Virus record (IMG/VR): IMGVR_UViG_3300029822_000019
Coordinates: 1 to 45,969 of that record
Strand: one strand, 5' to 3'
Origin: a virus
Lineage: Duplodnaviria > Caudoviricetes
DNA: 45,969 nucleotides
The notes beneath the pieces are model-generated. The model ran no database searches. It was not told where the DNA came from and was given only the letters and a program-made list of their open reading frames with translations. The position numbers and the translations under genes were made by a program. Positions 8,323-15,133 of the stretch are shown in pieces; the first letter of the stretch is position 1, and every line of letters starts with the position of its first letter.

Positions 8323-9050
8323 TGGCTCAGTTCTTTGTGATAAGCGTGGAAACTACCAGCATAATAGTTTAGAGCCCCACATTTCAATCCCGGATAAACA
8401 GATTGGAGTTCATCAACCACATATTGTTGAATGGCATGAGTAAGCCAAATGTCGATTGCGAAATGATTAAAATAATCATTGCTCCGGATGTAATACAGGA
8501 CCATCAATTTGTTGTTCCTGATGAGGAACTGATATGAGATCGAGCAGGGGATTCGGGTTTGAAACCCTGCAGAGTCTTTTGTGTCCACAGGATCAAATAT
8601 CATAACCATCGCCCTCCTGGTGTGTTCATCATCCTTCAGAGCAGCAATGGCGTTGTCCAATTGCCCCATGTGATTGATCCTTTCCGAATAGGTGTAGTCA
8701 AATTTATCCCCCTCAGCTTTCGACATTAGTTTCTGCCAAAGGTCCAGGCGTACCTTATATGAGTTCCCGGGATTGAGTCCAGCCCTGTTCAAGCGGTCTC
8801 CGAGTTCAGTCCAGCAATAGTCTTCAATGTTCTTGGCTTCATCCTTAAAGATGAATTCCAGCATCTCCTTCTTCTTAAGGAAGGGCTTGGAGATAATGAA
8901 GTTGACTCCGATCAGTTCCTTGGTGTTCTGGTTCTTTCCCTCGAGCGCCTGGTTCTGATAATGTTTCACAGGGACTGTGATCCCTGATACTTTCAATTCG
9001 CGATCCATCTCTTGGATCATTTCTAAACAGTCTTTAAATATCCGTGCCAT
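8307..9050 (-). CDS. Thymidylate-synthase-fold enzyme, predicted dCMP-specific (dCMP hydroxymethylase-like)
   Basis: YTYSER, TRRA, catalytic PC169, YQF, RSND, SFHAY; Asp200 sits at the position of E. coli ThyA Asn177. Confidence 0.8.
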   Translation of the reverse strand: MARIFKDCLEMIQEMDRELKVSGITVPVKHYQNQALEGKNQNTKELIGVNFIISKPFLKKKEMLEFIFKDEAKNIEDYCWTELGDRLNRAGLNPGNSYKVRLDLWQKLMSKAEGDKFDYTYSERINHMGQLDNAIAALKDDEHTRRAMVMIFDPVDTKDSAGFQTRIPCSISYQFLIRNNKLMVLYYIRSNDYFNHFAIDIWLTHAIQQYVVDELQSVYPGLKCGALNYYAGSFHAYHKELSQWVIY

Positions 9051-10263
9051 TTTCTTTTTGTTTTACGAGTTCACAATACTTTTTACTTCCACAAAATTGA
9101 CAGACTTTTTCCTGAGCAGAATATCCCACCATCTGGCAAAAGTCATATTTGTTTTGATCAACATAGTTGTTCGGTTTGATCAGCCGTTTTTGAGTGTAGT
9201 CCTCCTCATGCCTGTTACCTTCCAGGAAGTCCTTAATCTGCTGAGTGATGAATGTACAGAACTCAACAGGCATAAACTTTCCAGTCTGTTTGATCAGCGA
9301 TCCATATTGTTTATTAGTCTGGGTAACATTCTTGGGGAAGAATACAAAATCATCCGGGCATCCTTGGATCTTGGCCCGTTCCCGGATGGTGAACGGGTAT
9401 AAGGTGTCACTCCTGAAGTGATTATCGAAGGCAGCGCCTCCGCCGGAGAGAACACCAGCGTGACCATTTACGTCAATCGGATAGAACCCTATTCTCAATT
9501 TGCGTTCCCCTTTCCGGTTGTAATAGGGGATGATATTATTGAGAGGAAGGTCCTTCAAATACCCCTGCAGTTCTCTGAGGGTGATCCGGTTCTCATCCAC
9601 TGATTTGTCAATATAGTCGGGATCAAAGTTGTATCGTCCCCAGCCACTGTAGATTGCATCAAGATCTAATCTTTCATTGTTCTCAGCGTCCGGGCTTATT
9701 TCCTCCAGGCGTTCGATGATAGTAGTATCATGCTCGAATTCTCCAGGTATGAAATAGAACCCCAATTCTCTGAGGGAGCCAATGACGAAGAGTCGTTTCC
9801 TATTCTTCTGAAGGTTACCATAGCCATGATTGTTGATCCACTCGAAGTGAATATCATAATCGGGCAAATTCTCCATGTACCAGGCCCAATCCGCCACGAT
9901 CAGTGATTTGGGTAGGTTATCCATCACAAAGAATTTTGGCCTCAGTTTTTGGACCGCCTCGATGAACTGAGGAATGTCTCCCTTATCTCCTGCATCGATT
10001 GCATTGTTCTTGTTGGCCCGCATATTAGAGAAGTTCCCGCACTCAGTGTGCCCGATGATAAGATCGAGATCCTGACATGCTTCGAGTTTCTCCTGGTCCA
10101 GGTCCTCAAATCGATCAATCATAAAACTACCGGGGAAATTATGTTCAAACGTGCCAGTATGATAGTACTGTCTCCACTCGATATTCCCAACTATGTCATA
10201 TCCTTGGCGTTTCGCTCCTATGAGCATGGAGCCGACCCCACAAATCATTCCAAGTGCTTTCAT
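9034..10263 (-). CDS. Divergent DNA cytosine-C5 methyltransferase-fold protein
   Basis: Motif I ICGVGS, IV GHTECGNFS, VI MDNL, VIII QKNRKRLF, IX TIRERAKIQGCPDDF, X QTGKFMP, in canonical order. Confidence 0.85.
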   Translation of the reverse strand: MKALGMICGVGSMLIGAKRQGYDIVGNIEWRQYYHTGTFEHNFPGSFMIDRFEDLDQEKLEACQDLDLIIGHTECGNFSNMRANKNNAIDAGDKGDIPQFIEAVQKLRPKFFVMDNLPKSLIVADWAWYMENLPDYDIHFEWINNHGYGNLQKNRKRLFVIGSLRELGFYFIPGEFEHDTTIIERLEEISPDAENNERLDLDAIYSGWGRYNFDPDYIDKSVDENRITLRELQGYLKDLPLNNIIPYYNRKGERKLRIGFYPIDVNGHAGVLSGGGAAFDNHFRSDTLYPFTIRERAKIQGCPDDFVFFPKNVTQTNKQYGSLIKQTGKFMPVEFCTFITQQIKDFLEGNRHEEDYTQKRLIKPNNYVDQNKYDFCQMVGYSAQEKVCQFCGSKKYCELVKQKENGTDI

Positions 10264-10264
10264 A

Positions 10265-10831
10265 TTAGTAGTTTGAATTGATTCTAAATAAATTGACTTG
10301 ATACTTCAGGGACCAGAGATCACATACCTCGTCGATCGACATACCTAAGTGATGGAAGATATTAAGATATAACTCCCAGATCTTTTTGAAGCGGGCTTCA
10401 AATATGTACAGGTCTACGAGGTACTGAGACCGGCGCCATTGCCTGTTCTTCAGAAGATTTGCCGTTACACCCAACTGGTAAACAACCTTAAGGACTTTCT
10501 CATCGACTGAGCAGGAATTCAGTTGGATTGATGAAGGAAGATTCTTGAGGTTCCAGCCATAAAGCAAATAGAGTTCGATCAGGAAGTTGAACCCGTCAAT
10601 CAATTCTTCTCTGAAATGATTTTCGTTCTTGCGGTCCTCCATTGCCTCCATGAGCTCCTCTGTGATCCTCCAGCAATACCTTTTGAAAACCTCTTGATCT
10701 TCGTAGGTGTCAATATCGAAGTGAGTGAATATCTCTCTCGCCTCGGGTTCATACAGAAACTTGATTTCTTTCTGTTTCTCGAATATCGTTTCAAGACTAT
10801 ATCTTATTGGGTTGAAGTCCTCGATGTTCAT
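10265..10831 (-). CDS. All-alpha (dimeric dUTPase/MazG-like) dNTP pyrophosphatase, possible dCTPase
   Basis: IFEKQKE, TEELMEA, REELIDGFNF (ExxE...ExxD metal site), KYQVNLFR. Confidence 0.7.
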   Translation of the reverse strand: MNIEDFNPIRYSLETIFEKQKEIKFLYEPEAREIFTHFDIDTYEDQEVFKRYCWRITEELMEAMEDRKNENHFREELIDGFNFLIELYLLYGWNLKNLPSSIQLNSCSVDEKVLKVVYQLGVTANLLKNRQWRRSQYLVDLYIFEARFKKIWELYLNIFHHLGMSIDEVCDLWSLKYQVNLFRINSNY

Positions 10832-11121
10832 TCCTTATCCTCTTTTTTAGAAGTTGGTTCCACACCATTGTGGTAGTTATTCAGAGCCCCGATATAGGCT
10901 ACCGCATCCAGGAGGTTGTCCTCCTTATGAGAGTAGGCTTCACGGGCCAGCTTGAGAGCTATTTGGAAGTAGTAGATGTCCAGTGTGCTTACTTCCTTGT
11001 TGCACAGAACGGTCGCGATCTTAGCGGCCCGTTCATTACATTCAATGAAAGGCCCGTATTCTCTTTCTTTCTCTTCGGACCTTTCATTGATGATCTGGTT
11101 CGCTTTTTCCAGAATGTTCAT
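10828..11121 (-). CDS. DUF6378-like protein
   Basis: ILEKANQII..R...YG.F...A........LKLARE....KEDNLLDAVAY pattern. Confidence 0.65.
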   Translation of the reverse strand: MNILEKANQIINERSEEKEREYGPFIECNERAAKIATVLCNKEVSTLDIYYFQIALKLAREAYSHKEDNLLDAVAYIGALNNYHNGVEPTSKKEDKE

Positions 11122-11123
11122 CC

Positions 11124-11918
11124 TTATTTCTCTGTTTGAGTTTCGATTGAACCTTCTTCAGCGGGAGCAGCTTCCTCAGTAGCCGGAGCTTTTTCTTTCT
11201 TAGGAGCTTTCTCCTTCACCGGAACCGGAGCAAGATCCCCGATCTTCAGGTCTTCGGAGTCGATCCCTTTTCCGTACATGTTACCATCTTCGGCGAGGAT
11301 GCGGTACTGAATGAAGTTGTTGCGTTTGTCCAGGCGAACACCTTTGATGATGCCCTTAGTTTCTTCTTTGGTCTTGGTGCAGAGGAAAATGACCTCGTGA
11401 CCTTTGTTCTTTTCTGCTGCGTCCATACGAGGAAGGATCTCCTCCTCAGTCAATTGCTTCTTCAGGGGTTTGGGTTCCTTCTCAGCTTTAGGGGCCTTCT
11501 CCTTTTTCGGAGCCTTTTCCTTTTTAGCTTTAGGTGCTTCAGACTGAGCCTCAGCAACATCTTGGCCTGAGCCTTCAGCAGGAATGTCTTCGTCGGTCAA
11601 TGTGGTGTTCATGATTGCACCATCCTCAGAAGGATGTTCTTCAAGAGCACCGCGATCAACCAGTATCTCCTGGATCATTCTCAGTTCAACTCCTGTAGCA
11701 GATGAGCGAGATTTCTGAAGTTGTTTTGTTGACTTCCTTTTCAGGGTAGAGAGTTCGACCTCTGTCAGTTCCAGAGTGTCTACGTAGTCACGTTCAATGA
11801 CTTCAGTAACTCGTGCCACGAAGGCCTCTTTTGTTTCTCCTTCTTCAGCGAAGAATTGAACACCGTTCGACAAGCGAATTTCTTTTTCCGATTTTGATTC
11901 AAATAATTGAGCTTTCAT
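11124..11918 (-). CDS. Hypothetical protein with KEKAPK repeats
   Basis: 264 aa, low-complexity Lys/Glu/Ala/Pro linkers; directly downstream of promoter copy 3. Confidence 0.8.
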   Translation of the reverse strand: MKAQLFESKSEKEIRLSNGVQFFAEEGETKEAFVARVTEVIERDYVDTLELTEVELSTLKRKSTKQLQKSRSSATGVELRMIQEILVDRGALEEHPSEDGAIMNTTLTDEDIPAEGSGQDVAEAQSEAPKAKKEKAPKKEKAPKAEKEPKPLKKQLTEEEILPRMDAAEKNKGHEVIFLCTKTKEETKGIIKGVRLDKRNNFIQYRILAEDGNMYGKGIDSEDLKIGDLAPVPVKEKAPKKEKAPATEEAAPAEEGSIETQTEK

Positions 11919-11964
11919 CTTTTTAATTTTTTAGAGTGAAACATTATGTAATTGATTACAGAGG

Positions 11965-12025
11965 CAAATGTACGACCTTTTTTTCAGATAAAAAAATTAT
12001 TTCAGTAAAAAGTGAAAAATAATTT
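11965..12025 (-). promoter_or_regulatory. Conserved phage promoter/operator, copy 3
   Basis: caaatgtacgacc-T-run-cagataaaaaaattatttcagtaaaaagtgaaa. Confidence 0.8.
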
Positions 12026-12027
12026 CG

Positions 12028-12423
12028 TTAAAAAGGTAAGTCGTCGTCTGGAGGATTACATCCTTTGGAGCTATTTGCTTGTAAACTAAGCACTTGAATG
12101 TTTCCGATCTCATACCCTTTCCGAGGATCAATCCTATCTATAGAGGCGGATTTTTTGGTCTTCCCCTTCAATTCAATGTAGTTTGTCTCTTCACAGAAGG
12201 TCCGGAACTCCTCTAAAGTGAGATTGAACTCCTTACCCCTGCGCTTGGCGTTCTGATGCAGAAGGTTGTATGTATACCCTATGGGGTTGGTCTCCTTCTG
12301 GAACCTCGCATGATGCTTATGACAAAACCTCTTCTTCGGAGCTTTGTTCGCCATGCACCTGTACGCCTGGCACAGGTGCGGCTTCTTGTTGGTCTTGATC
12401 TGGAACATTATCAAAGTATTCAA
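12028..12423 (-). CDS. HNH-like endonuclease (SIDRID type) with N-terminal Cys/His finger
   Basis: AKRRGKEFNLT, SIDRIDPRKGYEIGNIQVLSLQANSSK; true start may be the internal ATG at 12408. Confidence 0.7.
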   Translation of the reverse strand: MNTLIMFQIKTNKKPHLCQAYRCMANKAPKKRFCHKHHARFQKETNPIGYTYNLLHQNAKRRGKEFNLTLEEFRTFCEETNYIELKGKTKKSASIDRIDPRKGYEIGNIQVLSLQANSSKGCNPPDDDLPF

Positions 12424-12568
12424 GTAGGTCCTTTTTCTTGATTCCGGTCACTCTGTAGTGCTTGTCATGAATCCGAACCTTAATTGGTTTTTTAATCTCG
12501 CTTATTATTTCTATATCGGTCTGCCCCTCCAGGAGAGCCTTCAATTGTTCAAAGTCTATTTCTTCCAT
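12317..12568 (-). CDS. Hypothetical protein
   Basis: 83 aa; start overlaps the deaminase stop codon. Confidence 0.55.
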   Translation of the reverse strand: MEEIDFEQLKALLEGQTDIEIISEIKKPIKVRIHDKHYRVTGIKKKDLLEYFDNVPDQDQQEAAPVPGVQVHGEQSSEEEVLS

Positions 12569-13455
12569 TACAGTTCAATTTTATCAACAACAATTCCTGC
12601 TTGTCTCAATAAGTCGATCCCTTCAGTGATTCGATACTCCTCCGCATATACTACTCTCTTTATTCCGGACTGGATGATCAGCTTTGAACATTCCATGCAA
12701 GGAGAAACTAAAGTGTAAAGGGTTGCATCCTTACTACTGTTAGTCGACTGAGCTACCTTTGTAATCGCGTTAGCCTCCGCGTGTAGCACGTACGGGTGAG
12801 TCTTTATATCTGTATACTTAATTGTTTGAAAGGTCCTTGGATCAACAGAGTCAAGATAAAACTGAGCTGCTTCATTTGGATCGTCGAACCTTTTATGGAT
12901 ATATTTTTCAGGAGTCCAGATTGCTGCTACCCATTTATTTCTGGAGGCGTCAAAAGAAACGCCAGGATGCTCACAAGTATTTTCCATTCTTTGACTGCGA
13001 TGAATTGAGTTGTATCTGTTTGAACACCATTCCAGATTGATCAACCTGTTGTCTTCAACATTGTAATTTATATGATTGACTTGAGTATAAAAGTCAGGAT
13101 CTGGATTTTCTACAAAGGTACTCATTATGACATGAGATACTTTCCTTTGAATCCCCATGATCTTACAACATTGATATTTTCCTGAGGTATGAAGCCATTT
13201 AGAAATTGGTTCACCGTTCTTGAAGATGTTACCTTCTGTATCTGCTTCAATTCCGAGAAAATAAGGATGAGGTTTTCTCTGATATTCAATGTACTCACAT
13301 TCGTTCTTAAACCCTGACACTGTACCATTGTAACCATCCGAGATGATCATTTGATCTTTGACTATGATAGCCCCGACTTTCAATCTTTTGGCGTAGGAAT
13401 TCTCAGACCAGATCTGAGCCATACGCAAATACTGTTTGTCAAACTTTTCCAACAT
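12568..13455 (-). CDS. dCMP deaminase with in-frame HNH-AP2 insertion
   Basis: KVGAIIVKD..IISDGYNG (aa 26-44), HAEANAI (225-231), SPCMEC (251-256); aa ~55-217 are an HNH/AP2-like domain. Confidence 0.88.
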   Translation of the reverse strand: MLEKFDKQYLRMAQIWSENSYAKRLKVGAIIVKDQMIISDGYNGTVSGFKNECEYIEYQRKPHPYFLGIEADTEGNIFKNGEPISKWLHTSGKYQCCKIMGIQRKVSHVIMSTFVENPDPDFYTQVNHINYNVEDNRLINLEWCSNRYNSIHRSQRMENTCEHPGVSFDASRNKWVAAIWTPEKYIHKRFDDPNEAAQFYLDSVDPRTFQTIKYTDIKTHPYVLHAEANAITKVAQSTNSSKDATLYTLVSPCMECSKLIIQSGIKRVVYAEEYRITEGIDLLRQAGIVVDKIEL

Positions 13456-14830
13456 ATTTCTTTATTTTAGCTTTGACTGCCTCCATCAATCCATCTTGTT
13501 TGGCGCTCTTACGATCCTGTGCCCTTATTACATCCTGATCGATTGTTTTGCAAGCAACCAATTTGTTTATGATTACTACATCTTCTTGCCCCTGCCTATC
13601 CAATCGGGCATTGAACTGCTGTTCAAGTTCCAGGGACCAAGTTTGCCCGAACCAAATAATGATGTGCCCACCTGCTTGGAGGTTCAGACCGTGACCCCCT
13701 GAAGCCGGGTGTATCATCATGACTTGAATCTTCCCTTCGTTCCAATCCTTTATATCCTTGTCAACTTTAAGTTCCCGGGGATTGTATTTCTTAAGTGCTA
13801 CCTTCAGCCGTTCCATGTCATGCCTGTAGGTCCAGGCAATTAGAACAGGTTTGCCATTCGCGTCCTCAATCAGTTCCTTGGTTGCATCGATCTTCAGATC
13901 ATGGACCACATGGAATTTTTTATTCTCATCATATACAGCCCCATTGGCAAACTGGAGCAGCTTATTGGATAGAGCAGCCGCATTCACTGCAGAAATTTCT
14001 TTGCCCTCCTCTATATCCGGGAACAAAGACAAGACCTGTTCGCGTTCAAAAGCATCGTACTTCTTTTGGATGTCAGGGGGAAATTTAATATCGATGAGGT
14101 TGTTGATCCTTCCAGGAAGTTTCAAATAGTCCTGTGATTTCATACTCATACAGATGTCCCCGATTTTTTCATGAATTCGTTGCTCACCATCAGGGGCCAG
14201 ATCATAAGAGTAAACAACAGCCCCATTCCTTTTACCGGGTTTGAAATAGTCTTCCCTGTAGTGGCTGATGAATTTTCCGAGGCGCTTTCCTCGGTCAAGC
14301 AAATAGACCTGACTCCATAAATCGATCAAGCCATTTGGCGCCGGTGTTCCTGTCAGTCCGACCACTCGTTTGAATGAGGGTTGAACTCCTCTCAGAGCCT
14401 TGAAACGAACTGACTTCGGATTCTTAAAACTACTGAGCTCATCAATTACAAGCATATCGAATGGCAGCATTGAACCGCCATATTGACCACAGAGCCAGGC
14501 GATATTGTCTCGGCCGATTGTATAGATGTGAGCCTTCTCAGATAAGGCCTTGCGTCTCTGTTTGTCAGTTCCTATGATCTTCGCCACTTTCAAATGGCTG
14601 AGGTGTTCCCATTTGTCAATCTCTGCTTCCCATACACTTTCGGCTACACGTTTAGGAGCCACGACCAGGACGCTATCAATATCCAGTTCTTCGAACATCA
14701 ACTTATTCACTGCAGTGAGAGTTGAGACTGTCTTTCCCAATCCCATTTCCAGGAACAAAGCGCAGTGGGTGTTGTCCAATATATGGTCGATCGACGTAAG
14801 CTGATAATCATGTAAGTCACTATATTTCAT
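13439..14830 (-). CDS. SNF2-family helicase
   Basis: MGLGKT, VIDELS, LTGTP, GHGLNLQ, QFNARLDRQGQ. Confidence 0.93.
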   Translation of the reverse strand: MKYSDLHDYQLTSIDHILDNTHCALFLEMGLGKTVSTLTAVNKLMFEELDIDSVLVVAPKRVAESVWEAEIDKWEHLSHLKVAKIIGTDKQRRKALSEKAHIYTIGRDNIAWLCGQYGGSMLPFDMLVIDELSSFKNPKSVRFKALRGVQPSFKRVVGLTGTPAPNGLIDLWSQVYLLDRGKRLGKFISHYREDYFKPGKRNGAVVYSYDLAPDGEQRIHEKIGDICMSMKSQDYLKLPGRINNLIDIKFPPDIQKKYDAFEREQVLSLFPDIEEGKEISAVNAAALSNKLLQFANGAVYDENKKFHVVHDLKIDATKELIEDANGKPVLIAWTYRHDMERLKVALKKYNPRELKVDKDIKDWNEGKIQVMMIHPASGGHGLNLQAGGHIIIWFGQTWSLELEQQFNARLDRQGQEDVVIINKLVACKTIDQDVIRAQDRKSAKQDGLMEAVKAKIKKYVGKV

Positions 14831-15113
14831 ATTCTCTTATTATACTTTCAATTTGTTCTGAGGTATCTACGACCTCTACTCTGAAACCTAAAGCTCTAAT
14901 TTTTCGGTGCATGAAAAGTTGAATCTTCCGGGGTTTCTTGTCCGTTGTCTTCAGTTCCACAAATAAGATCCTCCCTCCAGGAAAAAGGCATAGACGATCA
15001 GGGAGACCCGTAATATGAGCCGACAGTAGCTTCAGACACATACCTTTGAGCTTTACTTCTACGGAATTCTTCAACGAACGCTCTAACTTCTTCTCGCTTT
15101 CTATAATTTTCAT
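14820..15113 (-). CDS. VRR-NUC domain nuclease
   Basis: GLPDRL, FVELKT, Q......LGF.V.V; start set at MKIIESE (15113). Confidence 0.88.
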   Translation of the reverse strand: MKIIESEKKLERSLKNSVEVKLKGMCLKLLSAHITGLPDRLCLFPGGRILFVELKTTDKKPRKIQLFMHRKIRALGFRVEVVDTSEQIESIIREYEI

Positions 15114-15133
15114 ACTCTTCTCTTGTTTCAAAG

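Noticed and set aside
8307-9050. Ordinary thyA
   Set aside because: Asp at the Asn177-equivalent site, PCS rather than PCH, and a separate ThyX is present.
9034-10263. Pseudogene or standard R-M methyltransferase
   Set aside because: The ORF is intact and tightly coupled to its neighbours, with catalytic Cys and RxR kept; motif changes cluster at substrate and cofactor sites; no cognate restriction gene seen.
12805-13293. Intein in dCMP deaminase
   Set aside because: No block A/B splicing motifs and no terminal His-Asn followed by Cys/Ser/Thr; the insert is only nuclease and DNA-binding domains.
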